Positions 11,578 to 27,500 of a stretch of 64,000 nt of DNA are shown piece by piece. This stretch comes from Ramazzottius varieornatus (lineage: Eukaryota; Animalia; Tardigrada), in contig BDGG01000010.1 of assembly GCA_001949185.1 (NCBI GenBank), positions 753,773-817,772 on the forward strand, written 5' to 3'. Below the pieces are notes generated by a model. The model made no database searches, was not told where the DNA came from, and was given only the letters and a program-made list of their open reading frames with translations. The position numbers and the translations under genes are program-made. Positions within the stretch are counted from its first letter, which is position 1; every line of letters starts with the position of its first letter.

Positions 11578-14500
11578 ATGGACGGTCAAAAGGAGAACGA
11601 GAGAATGAGATCAACAGGTGAGCCAAAATTACAGCTGACAACTGCATACTTGTTGATTTGATTGATTTTGACGGTTTCATGATGCAAACTCGATTAGCGG
11701 TAATGTGGTCATATGTACTGTGTAGATTCAAAACTGACCTGATTACTTGATTCAGCTATCATTTTTCAAGTCTGGTTTGTTTATCTTTCTTGAAGACGAT
11801 GATGTCGATGGTTATGCTGAGCAACTCTTGGATGAAGTCCTGTCCCAAAACTCTGGCCTCTCTTCATCGTTCCGTTCTTCTTCATCCTCGCAAGCAGATC
11901 TGAGAATGGGCGAAGAAGAAAGAGATTCAGCGCCGCGATGGATACGATGGAGTCGTTCGGTGGACAGCGTCATCGACGATCCCGTTGGCTTCGAGCTCTT
12001 TCGAAAATACCTGGAGGACAACGGCGTAGCGGATGTTCTGTGGTTCTACCTGGCTGTCAAAGGCATGCGGCGACAAGTGGAAGAGTGCATGCCAAATATG
12101 GAGCCTCGCAAACGCCAAATCCTGCTGAAGAAGTTGCTCTTGTCCATCTATAAGCGATTCGTCCAGAGTATCGCTCTACAGCTTCTCCCTCATACTCGGG
12201 AGTCCTTGGATCAGTATTTCAGTTCTGGCCAGTCGGGCGATTGTGACGTTACGGTCTTTGACGACGCTCAGAATGAAGCCATGCAGCTGATGCGCGACAA
12301 CCTCCATCAGAACTTCATCAACTCTGAACTCTACCTCGACTTTGTGAACGAACAAGTATGTTCCCATTCCTCTTATGTTCTCTCATTTATTTATGTAAAG
12401 TGTTAATCTCCTGAACAGCACTCGTCTCCGAAAGGATCCAAAATTAGATGAAAAAACAATCGCAGCCTAACCTTTGGATTGGTTATACCGTAAACATTCA
12501 TCCATGACGTCATGCGGGGATTAGCCAGGGTCTGGTACATTCTAAGCGGCTTCACCCCGAAAAAGTGGCGTGGTGTTTCTTTTGTTCAAAGTGGCCATTT
12601 TTTCGTGGGTTATTCAAGTCAATCCTGTGTCTTATTTTCAGGCCGAGTTGGCAGACGCAGCAGACTCCAGTAGTTCACCCGCAGAAAGTGCAGAAGGTTC
12701 GGCAGAGAAGCCAAACGAAAAACCCCCTGATTCAAGCGTCGCAGTGGCTTCTCCCTTGACTCCTTCGACCCAGAACGCTTTACCTTCCCAGAACAACGGA
12801 CCGTCTTCTCTCAACGGCGGTCTACCTTCCTTAGCCAACCACAGAAGTCCCTTCCAAACCCTACAGCGACCTCAGCCTCCTCCCTCCTTGCTAATCCCAT
12901 GGCCGAAACCACTCAACCCTATAGCGTCGAACGGGCTGCAGCCGGGACCTTTGTACACAAGCGGCAGACCACCGGCTGTCCCAACAAAACCCAACAACCT
13001 CAATTCGTCTTTCAACTACTCAGCTCCTTTCGGTCAAATTAACGCTCCTCTGACGTTAACAAGAGAAGTCTTAACGGCTTCGATGGCTGCGCGGAAAGCC
13101 GAAAACGACAAGAAGACCGAAACAATGGGGTAAGAATACAGAGAAGCCTTTTTGGCTTATATTGGATTGTAAAGATCAACATCCTTTTTCGGTGTTCTTC
13201 CAGAACGACCAGCGCCTACTACTCCAAATACGCGCCGTACCAACCTGTTTCGGCCAGGGAAAGCGAGGTTATGAGCCAGTTGACGGACAACACTCGACGA
13301 CGACTGAACGATCCTTCTCATCCGGAAAAAAACGACATCGTACCGTGGGCCGACGCCAGCATGATGGCGTTGAAGAACCGCGAACAACACGAGGCGTTCC
13401 TGAACATTCAACCTCAAACACGGAACGAGGTAAACCGTAACCTCCATATAGCACGTGGGTATAATACGGTTTGAACAGGAACATTTTTCTCAGTGGCGCA
13501 TATTTCCAGCCAATCACAATGGAAAAGTGCGCCACGTAACAAAACGTTCTGGTTCAACTCGTTAGTCCACGCCCATATCTCAAGTGTTTTCTGATAGAAG
13601 AACACCATAGAATATCTCTACTGTGCCGTCTTTAGGCGATGCATAACCATCTCGATCCGAAGAATTTCAATCCGCGGAACCAAGGCACCAACCCGGAGAA
13701 CTTTGCCAAAGCTCTCACCGAGAAGCTCACTTCTCTCACCACCAACGAACAGACGGCCAACGAGTCCGCTGCCCGCATGGTCCAGTTCCTCCAAAATAAA
13801 GCTCTTCTCTCCCAGTCTACCGAAGAATCCGTTGACGATGCCGAGAAAGCCCTCATGGATACGGTCTCCCGTATCAAAGATGACACACCAGACTCCAACA
13901 CTAGTCTGTGTGTCACACCTCAGCCGGGTCTTTCAGACATGGGCGGACAGCGCTTGTTCAGTGCACTTCCGACGAAACCTAGTCAGAGTAGCAGTATGAA
14001 CAGTAATGGTCATGGGCTGGGTAGCAGTGGTCTTGGTCACGGATTCCCTGTGCAGAGTTCGCAAGGACAGTATAGACCTCCACCGGTCTTCGGTCTGTCA
14101 CAGCCCTTTAGAACGGGATTGAATGGTAATGGAAACGGGCCGAGTATGGAGAGTCAGGGAAGCAAAGGGTATCAGAGCCACCAATTCGGAGGACAGCAAA
14201 GGCAGCCGTTGACCAGCAGCTCGGGGTACAATACGAACCAGTCTTCGTACTTTTCCAGCAACGAGGAATCTCGGTAAGACTTTCATACCGTTGAACCAGA
14301 GAAATTTAGTGACAAGCTTTTTAAGTGGCGCACGTTTCCAGTTGTATTGACTAACAGCGTGCGCCACTTGAGGGAGCATCTTGTCGAGGTCGTATTGGTC
14401 TCTGGATGATTCAACTAAGTTATCCTATAATGGTATCGATTCTTTTTCTCCAGGATGCCACATCGGTCTATGCAGCCACAGATACATCCTCAGCGTCACC

Positions 14501-15124
14501 ACGAGCTAACTCACCAAGAACCCCACGACCTACAGCAGCGCTACCGAACGACGAGTTCGTCCAACTCACTGCGCCACTCTACGCGTCATTCGACATCCTC
14601 TTCCCGAAACAACGCAGTGTCCGAACAGATACGACGCCCGAACAAGACCCTTACAACCGCAGCAGCAGATCGGTCCACCACCGTCCTCTATCGACGAGGC
14701 CAAACCGGCGAGTTCTTCATGTCCAAGCTGATTGGCGACAGTACGCTCAAGAACTTCAAGAAGCAGATCTTACCGGAAAACCTGAAGAAGGAAAACTCGC
14801 TCAAGTAAGTCTACCTACTTCTCCTACCGATTTTGCGAACTATTGCACTTTTTACAAACGTACCATCTCCGGAACCAGCATCGATTGAGTCAGAGAAAAG
14901 GCAGAAGAACGAACATACTGGAAATCTCTCACGCTCCTGCGTACGGGGCGTCCGTACTTTCATGGTTGGGTCGTGTATGCAGGGTTAATGCAAAGAGATC
15001 TCTTTGCAGGTTTTACTTCAAGAAAGAAGAACCGAACATCGGTGTGGTCTGGGACGAAATCAGCGATGATCATGCAAAGTTGCCGTTATTCGACAACCGA
15101 ATTACTGCCACAGTCGAAACCTAA
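11578..15124 (+). CDS. Axin: Axin (RGS domain, GSK3-binding helix, DIX domain), multi-exon
   Basis: RGS: RWSRSVDSVIDDPVGFELFRKYLE..LWFYLAVKG...LHQNFINSELYL. GSK3-site-like NPENFAKALTEKL. DIX: TLKNFKKQI / FYFKK...VWDEISDDHAKLPLFDNRITATVE*. Confidence 0.9.
13492..13535. repeat. Intronic palindromic element family C core (Axin intron)
   Basis: AGTGGCGCA...GTGCGCCAC. Confidence 0.75.
14322..14370. repeat. Family C core (Axin intron)
   Basis: AAGTGGCGCACG...CGTGCGCCACTT. Confidence 0.85.
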
Positions 15125-15437
15125 TTTTTGACTGGTGGCAGAAAAGAAACTTCGTGCTCTCGTTTTAGCTTGTTTTAATCAATAAATGTATATAACTTAT
15201 TCTTTTTAGCTGAGTAATTTTGAGTTACTGCAGACTTATTAAACACCAAAACCGACCAAACCAATGTGGGATTATTTCAGTGGGCTTTTTTATTTTTTTT
15301 TACATTGTTTGATGTTTTGAGAAGAAAAGGATGATGACTTCAACCGACCAAAGCCTTTTGTGCCTTGAATCACACTATTTGTTTGATGTTTTGTTCAAAT
15401 AAAACCCGAAATACGAACAAAAACAATACGAATTTCA

Positions 15438-17938
15438 TCAAACCAGAATTTCCGATTTCAATTTCTTTCCTCGTCGGTTTCGTCCTGCTTGCACCACTTC
15501 ACTCTTCGCTAACGCCGAAATCTCCTCATCCTCGACGAACCCTTCGCTTTTCTTCCTTTTTTGCCTCTTGAATACATTCTTGGCTTTCAGCGGCTCAATG
15601 ATGGCTCCCATCTTGGTCGTATACTTCGGCATGGTCAACTCATCGAAGGCCGCTTCCGTGTTCCACGTCTTACCTATCGGCGTCCTGATGGTGCTCTGCA
15701 ACTGCGCCACCGTCGTAAATGGGAACGGTAGTTCCTTTATCTGATGCGGGACAATCTTCTCATCGTGTCTCTCACTAATGATCACACCCGGAAGGAACTT
15801 ATCCTTCCTCGCTTTACTCTTCGGAGCCTTCACGGTGAACTTCTTTCTCTTGTTCTTCAAAGACTGCTTACTCGTCCCTGCACCTGTCCATTCGCCCCAC
15901 CCAGGCAATGACAAGTCTATATCTTTTGGTTTCTGGACTTCCGCCACTTCTTCCTTTTCTCTCTTGAATTCTTCAACCACGTTATCATCTGCAAAGGCCT
16001 CAGCTATCAAGTTTCTCTGTTCTTCATCACTATCTTCGTCCTGTCCATCGCCATCTATGCCTACTTGTCTGGCGTCTGTTCTATCGACTTTCTTGATAAC
16101 GTCTCGAGGGTCAATGTCTGTGTCGTGTACGGACTGCTTGGCATTCTTCTGATGGGGAGCTGAAACACCTTTCGGTGTGGCTGTTTGAGCGTTTGTCACG
16201 TTCCGAGTGTCTGCAATCATTTCACCGCCACTAACGAGCTCTGTTTCGCCCTCTGCGTCGGCGACCCAGTCAGAGTCGTCGTCAGACTCGGAGTGTCTTT
16301 GAGGCTTCTTCTGTGGACGCGAACGGTTTGCTAAAGGCTTCGGTTGCTTCTGTTCGGTCTTCTTCGGCTTCCTTGCTGCCTCCTACAAGAGACCAGAAGT
16401 GAAGCCCAATAAGTTGAAGGGTACAGAAGCCAATCCGACTATCTTCGTACATCGAACCATATGTTTTAACTTACTGCACGGACACGCATGTACGAGCAGG
16501 ATTCCTTACGGCTTCGTCTTCTTACGTCCATCTGCTCTTCTTCCGCTTCCAGCTTCTCGAAAGCTTCATCGATGTCTCCCAAGTCCCCCTTCCTCTCTTC
16601 GTCCAATTCTTCTGCACGAGCCATCATCCACGGGTTCGATTTCGCTTCATTGTTGATGGTGTCCTCAGCAGCTCGGACAACCTCATCCATGTCGTCCATA
16701 TCCTCTTCTTCATCTTCGTCCGTATCGTTGCTCTTCAACTTCTCGGTCAACTTCCGGCTGATTCTCAGCTGGTCCTGCAGCGCTTCCCTTGCGTTCTTAT
16801 CCGTCTTGGCCCTAGACGCCGTATGTCGCGCCCACTTGCCCATGTTGCGATGCTTCAGCGTGTGCCGTTCTTCCAGACGTTTCTGGTCCAGTCGTTCGAG
16901 TTGTTCCAACGCCGCATCGGGGTTAGTCTTTTGTAGTTCCTCAAAGTTCTTCTCTTCTTCCTTGCGCTTGCCACGACGTAAGTGTCGATGGTAGTTCTTG
17001 CTCTTGATCTTGGACTGCCACTTCTGCTTCTGTTCTTTGTAGGAGAGGAGAGCACGAGCTTTGGCCAGTTCTTGTCGCCGGAAGTCAGCTTCTTGGACAC
17101 TCATGGCTTGCAAAGCTTCTTTCTCAGCTTCAGTTAGGATGGTGGTTTTTGTAAGGTTACTCTTACTGGCGCCCACCAGAGCTTCGATCTGCTGCTCTAA
17201 TTCAGTCTTTGTCTGGTATCGTTTCACGTACTCGGAAGTTGTTTGAATGTGAAGCTTGGTTTGGTCCAGCGGAAAGGACATGCCTTCCGCCACACGATTC
17301 GACTTGACGATTGGATCCCATTTCTTCAAGTCTTTCGAAACCTGAAACCATTCGAACATGTGATACAAAGCGTGTCAAAGACCTACGAACTGGGAAGATG
17401 CTGTGGAACAGTAGCGACATGTTAGATGACATGGACACCACTTGACACAACACGCATAGCCGCATGAAGCGACGGCAACAAAAATGCTGAGCTGACACGG
17501 GACAGCAAGAAAGAACAATTCTAACGTTATGATACGTACTTCTTCATATGCGACAGCCCGTTGTGCCTTCCTCGCTTCCGTTTGCCTTAGTGGTTGAGCT
17601 AAAACTTTCGATCTCGTCCCAGCACCAATCTTTCGTTTGATGGCAGCATCGGAGGCTGAGGAATCCGACTTCCGGAGCAGAGCACCGACGGAAACGGGAC
17701 GCAGTCCGCCGGTAGACAGGGCTTGGTCGTCGATAATTTTGCCCGGTTCTGAGCGAGTGATCTTTTTCTGAGACAGCTTAGGTTCGTCTAGCCTGGCGAT
17801 GGATCGAATCAACCTGCCATGTTTGTCCGACTTTTTCTGGCGAGTTTCGCCTTCGTCATCGACGTGGTCTTTATACCCGTAAGACTCGTCCATCTCGTCG
17901 TCCAGCTTCACCGGAGCTAGCAGCGATGTCATCTTCAT
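15438..17938 (-). CDS. UTP14: U3 snoRNA-associated protein 14
   Basis: KIKSKNYHR, RLEERHTLKHRNMGKWA, AFADDNVVEEF..EK, LSLPGWGEWTGAG, LPFPFTT, PIGKTWNT motifs across exons. Confidence 0.95.
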
Positions 17939-18449
17939 GATTTTGTCTTACGAAGGCCGACCTGGAAAAATAATGGGCTCCTCGAAGTCCAGAGACCTTG
18001 AGACAAAAGAAAAAAGATCAGTCGACGTCCATTTCCGGAAGGAATTCCGCAAATCCACAAACCATCTGCTTTCTGCTCAATCAACAATCAAGCGGTTGCG
18101 CAGTGCCAGCGCAGTTCGGCTAACAAGTAAGGCCTAAGGGGGTTTTTGCCCGGCTTGGTCCATCCATCAAGCCGAACCGGAGCGTCCGTGCGCAGGGTGG
18201 GCCTAAAGTCGATATGATATTTTGACTGGCTGCTGGTATGTTTCTTGCCAATCATAAACTTGTCTTACTGTAGAAGCTGGTGCAATTGGCCGATGGCGTC
18301 GCCGGGCAACCCATAGCTGTGTCGTCACGCGTCTGATGCAGGAACTACTGTCTACAGAATGGCGAAGCCACTGTAGTACCCAGACGCAGCAGCTCGTTCT
18401 AATAAATCTTTATTGCACTACCCTCGTGTTTGTACATCCTTCCGTCAAA

Positions 18450-21931
<3,482 letters not shown>

Positions 21932-23401
21932 AGTGAAGGGATGCTGAAGTGAGTTGATGGCTACCTTGTTGTTTGACATCAGCTGTTGAGGGCCGATCGA
22001 GCAGTTTGCTGCTCAGCGAGCTTGTCAACCGTCGAGAGTGGCGTCCTTGGTCAGATCTTGTTCCTCTTGCTGTCGACGTTGATACCTTATTGTTATTACT
22101 TTTTCTTCTCGCTCCTCTGTCTACCTGGATTACTAGTAACAGAAGATTGGCTGGTGGTGTTCGCTAGCATCTGTACTGTGGAAAATGATGCGAGAAGTGA
22201 AGGCTGCTCTTTCATTTCATCTGTTACTTAGCCATGCGTTCTATTTTCCATTTTGCTGCTTACTGTCGATGGAAGCTTTCTTACCTGTTTACCTATTTAT
22301 CACCTTACAAATGAACCTTTTTCCCTCTACCAACAATAATCAAACTGAAGGCTGACCGTCTTCCAGACTTTGATTCGTGCAACTCGGGAAACCGCCCGGA
22401 AAATATTGCAGTGCGATTAACCGGGACGACATGAAGATTCGTTCTTCATACCCATAAAGCGCACAGAATGAAAGCACACTACTTGTGGCGTCATGCACGA
22501 CGTCGACCAGTAAACTGGCAGGTGGAAACTTAACACTGCGTACGACCGTCCTCTTTGTGTATACAATCACTCAGTTTTATTCACCTCCCGGTTTTAGCTT
22601 TTGGTCTTTCGGGTCTGGGTCTTTTTTTTTGCATGTACCTCGGTCTTCTCACCAAAGCAACACTAATGACCAGCGGTCAGCAAAACCCCAGCACGCGGGA
22701 AATTTTTTCTTTGTGAAAACGCTCAGAATTCATCGCTGATCTATCATTTTAAGACTGACATCGCAATCATCGTCAAGAATCAGAACAACGGAAAGCGGAA
22801 GTCCGCTGGCAGAAGATGGGTAAGAAACCTTTCTTGAGCACATCTCCCAAAGAATCCGTCATGGAATTGAATCCTCCGAGAATTCCGTGCCGTCACCGTC
22901 TGCAATGAGCTGAGCATTTCTGTTGGAACTCCAAACGGTGGAGTCCCAAATGTAAAGACGTCTGCAGGGGGAAGGAAGAAGGTCACACTATATTGGAAAT
23001 TGAAATTACCAAACGACGTCGTAATAATTCAAATAATTCGAATTGCTGTCGGAAGCTGAATTCCGATTAATCGTAATCTTCAGTCCGGTAACGACGAACT
23101 ACCGGCAGTTCGAATTACGGCTACGGGAAGAATTTCGGTTAATCGTAATTGTAATTCAAACTGCAAAAGTCGTATCGGAACAACACTGGTCAGAAGAAAA
23201 TCAAGACAACCAGCTCTCCCTTTTGAGATTTGGCGTTCATGGCCTGCCAATTATCCGAATTTTGAGATTTCGAAAATTACCTATTGGTTGGACCAGCCTC
23301 CGCAACACGGTATCAGCCAATAAAATTCCTGTATATACAAAGGACGGTAGTATTCTGCAAACATGAAAACGATCGTGATGAAAGTGTTAACGATTGACTT
23401 T

Positions 23402-23887
23402 CTACGGTTTCACTTCCGACAAGGAAACATTTTTCGACGTCACGTCCCTGTCTTCACAGCCAGCGGAAAACCGTTGCAGCAGCACGGTATCCAAAATGTT
23501 CTTCAGAACATTCTCAGCAGCTATGGTCATTAGAGAGATAGCTTCCGGTTGAACAGCGCACAACTGTATCTTGTTCGAAGGATTCTCCACTTCGTTGCTC
23601 CGGTTGGCCTTAAGGACAGCTTTCATGATACGCTTCATGAGAAGCCGCCTTTCTGGTGTCTCCTCCTTGTCCAGTTTGTAGAGTTCGAGGCACAAGTCTT
23701 GGTGGAAACGGAGAAGGGAAGGATCAGGTACTCCGCGATCTTGAACGAAGTGATGGAACTCTGCATGGTCAAATTTGCTAATCAGCCAGAAATGAAGCCC
23801 CAGTGCGTAATTCTTGCGGGCTCCTTCGTTCGACGCTGAAACAAACGATCGAGTTATTTCACCGTAAAGCTCTATTATGCGTTCCAT
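23402..23887 (-). CDS. Compact TADA1/Ada1-like (SAGA) protein, about 161 aa
   Basis: NYALGLHFWLISKFDHAEF...RFHQDLCLEL resembles the Tad1 N-terminal segment. VQPEAISLMTIAAENVLKNILDTVLLQR resembles the Ada1 histone-fold helix. Confidence 0.55.
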   Translation of the reverse strand: MERIIELYGEITRSFVSASNEGARKNYALGLHFWLISKFDHAEFHHFVQDRGVPDPSLLRFHQDLCLELYKLDKEETPERRLLMKRIMKAVLKANRSNEVENPSNKIQLCAVQPEAISLMTIAAENVLKNILDTVLLQRFSAGCEDRDVTSKNVSLSEVKP

Positions 23888-24535
23888 CGAAATGATCCAG
23901 TAGTGGAACAACCGAACAAGGCAGGAATGGCGAATGAGTGATAAAGTCCTAAAGAATTAAAGCTGAAGAAAAGACTGATAAGATGAGTGAAACGACTGAA
24001 ATCGCAAAAGGAGAACGGATGTCTGAGTTTAATCAATGTTTTAGCTGGTAGTCAATCAACCACAGGTGAATGAATACCTGTGACGTCATGGACCCACTAG
24101 CGCTTCCGTCCGTCGATACATAGCTTTGAAAAATCGAGCCCGTTTCTCGCTGGAAACAAAGTTCCGCCACTTGCCGGTCACGACCGGTGTATCTTACTGT
24201 TCCTTTCATGGTAAAAATAAGATACAATGCAGCAAAAACTATAGGAAGCAAATAAGGAGAACAATGCGGCAGAAACTATACGAAATGAGACGACATGATT
24301 TTCTCCAGTGCGACATCAACCATTGGTCCTTAAAACTTCAGCCAAGTTCCACGACAACAGTACAAAATAAAACAGAGTCAGCTTGATGAAAGTTGTAGAT
24401 CTTGGACGGCTACTTTTCCAGAAGGAACGTCTCTCAAATACTGAAGGAAAAACTTCGGAAAGAGCTTCAATTTTATGAGCAAGTGAATTGTGACAATAAA
24501 TGGTTTTAATTTCTTTCTTCCATGCTCACAAAGTC

Positions 24536-27500
24536 TTAAACGTAGGTTCGATCAGCTCGCGTGATGGTCTCTCGGCAGATTGGGCATGCAGTAACCTTCG
24601 GGGCGCAGTGAACGCAGGTGACCAAGTGTCCACAAGGCTCGAAGCGCATGGCGCGTGGGGCATCTTCGCAAATGACACATTCGGGCTGTTGTTGTGTCTC
24701 CGTTGGAACTGCAAAGAGACCAGAACTGAAATACCGAGAACCAGAAACGACAGTCTGTAACAGCTTACACAGGTTTTCGATGTCATCCAGACGGTTAGCT
24801 TTAACATAGGCGATGGACATTGCTATCTTCAGTGCGGGGTCCTTGACAGTCTTGGATGCCATTTCGTAGTAACCCGCTGCATGGTCCCAGTGTCCTGCGA
24901 AAGCGCATTTACCTGAGTCATTCTTCACCAGAGAACCGATCCAAAGAGGAGTCAAAGTCAGACACTGCGGCACTTACTTAAATCGCCCTTCTGCTTTATG
25001 GCAGCGATGACATTTCGGTAGTTATCAGGATGTTCAGCTTTCTCGTAGACGACAACGGCACCTTCGACGTCGCCGACTTGCATGTAAACGTCCCCAACAA
25101 AGATCAGATGTTCCTTCTCATCCGCATTATCGGTCACCCAATGCGCCAAGGAGAGCGCGTGGTCTTTTGTAACCTGTAAACACGGAACAAGCAAAGTCCA
25201 TGAGCTATGTAAACTTATAAAAAGCCCCGCTTAATAATGAACTGTAGAACAGGTAACACCGTAACAGGAATGGGAGCACCGGCAAACGGCTTTGGCCAGA
25301 TCGTTTTCTCAAGTGGCGCACGCTCTCAGCCAGTAACAGCGGAAACGTGCACTTTTAATGACGATCTGGGTGGAATCGTTTGCTGACGTTCTAAATATCC
25401 TTAGGTTCTTGAAACACGGGAGATGGCAACGAACGGAAGACTATACAAAGAACGTACCTCAAACGAGAATTGTCTCGTTACAGGATCGAAGTAGCTCTCG
25501 CGTATTTCTTTGATGATCAAGTTGCTGATTTTTCGGGACGAGGTGGTCAAGGCCGTGACGAGCACAGTCAGTGGATTGTAATGCGTGTAGTTTTGTAGAT
25601 ATGCAGAGAAAACATGCGTCTCAACGTCTGGAAGCTCACAGAGCATCTCGAGCATGTTTTCTTCCAGTGTCCTGAAACATACCTTCATCGTCGCTCCTGT
25701 ACGGAACGTCGGCAACAATTGACCCAGATCGTTATCTCAAGCGGCGCACATATTCATTGTGTTCGGCTGAACGTGTGCGCTACTCGGGAAAACAATCTGA
25801 TTTCATATGTGCCCGCGTCCAATCCGGCAACGGATAGATAAACAAGCTAAAACCTACCTGAAAACTTTCTCCTCGTTCTCGAACGTGGTTTTCGCAGCTA
25901 AGAATTTACCGATAAGATCGGTGGCGAAACCCGAAAATACCACTTTCAAGGTAGGGAAAATGGCGAGGAACACGGCACAGTCGTTCTTCAACAGCACCTC
26001 TGCATTGTCGAACTTTCCCATTTCTTGCGGAATTTGATTTCGTAGATGGGTCAGAACGGCTTTGCCCAAGGTGAGCCCTTTGGGCAGCATGTGAGGGTTC
26101 TTTATGACATTGAGCCACAAACTCACATCCTCGGACTTGGACAAGTAACCACTCAGTTTTTCAAGGCGAGCCGTATCGGCTTGAACCAACTAGAAAACAT
26201 ACAAAAACAGATTCGGTTGGAATGTTTCATCGCTGAATCAGTTTCAAAATCGCATACCTTGAACAGAGCTTCTGAACATTCTCCCTTTGCGTAGACAAGT
26301 AGCGCTAACTGAGGATGAGTCTTCTCTAGAGTATTCCCCAAACGTTCGCTCTGTTGTTTCGTCAACCTTCTAAAATCCACCAGTTATAACTGATCATTCG
26401 TAAAACTAAAGTCGGACTTAGGAACCGAAACGGTGTGTCTCTCTAGTTCTTACCCCAAATACTCCATAAGTTCTTCGTGCGCCGGTTCCTCGCCATAGGA
26501 AGCCAGCAACAACGATACTAAGCGTTCGTCCGAACTCTCCGCCACTAATTTCCACAACTGCTTCCTCACAATTTCCATCCTGTAATATCGAAACGCTATT
26601 ATGATCAAAGTTAAAAACTACGTTAGCAGAAAATTATGCAAACTTCCGCTTACTTTCTGTCTCCAGCAAAGATGTTCAGAAATTCCTGCGTGAAGTTAGC
26701 TGGCTTTAGCAGGTCGACGTAGGCTTCGAACAGAGCATCAGCGATGTCAGCTTCCTGAAGAGCTCGAAATATCCGAAAGATACTCCCGATTTGCTAAAAT
26801 CGAAGGTACTGTAACTTTGAATACTTCCATCAATGTATTTCCATGAATGAAAATTTTCCACACACCTTCTCGATTAGCTGCTTGATTTGAGGATACGCGC
26901 GTTGCTTTAGGTTATACTTGACCAGGTCTTCCACGAAGCCAAATTTCACGCAAAACCTCGGGTAGATGGCCGCAATCTCCGGAACCGTGTCCAGGGACTT
27001 GTGCAGCACCGTCTTCGCGGCAACAGGATCGGTAATTTTGAGAGTGAAAAAGGCGTGCTCGATGGCGTGGTACTGACCCAGAGTGATTGCCGCCTACAAA
27101 AATAGCAACACTGACAACAGAGTTCCTTCCTGCGCGGCCACAGCTATATTTTCACTGGATCAAGCAAAGAATGCGAAACAACGTACCTCCAAGTACTTCA
27201 CGAGTAAGCGAGAGTCAAGATTCGGTGTTCCCACTAGACTCAACAGAGCTGATACACCTTTCGCTCCACAGTACTTCTCCACGACGACCAGCGGCTCGTC
27301 GACTCCCGTCTTGTCTAGATACTTCTTGGCCAGCATGAGAATAAGAGACATCAGACTAACGTCGCTCTTCAAGAAGTAACCGTACAGCTGTAGTAGCTCT
27401 TCCCTCGTCAAGTACTCTGTTACCTCACAGGCACGTCTATAGCCTTCTGCGCTAGTGGTAACAAAATCCGGGAAGATGTCGTAGAAGTCTTTCTTCGGCT

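Noticed and set aside
22780-22986. Possible minus-strand exon after a CTGCAG acceptor
   Set aside because: No matching donor or recognisable homology; cannot be linked to the TADA1-like ORF.
23035-23160. Two degenerate copies of TTCGAATT...GAATT.CG.TTAATCGTAAT
   Set aside because: Only a short two-unit duplication; no function or element boundaries can be supported.
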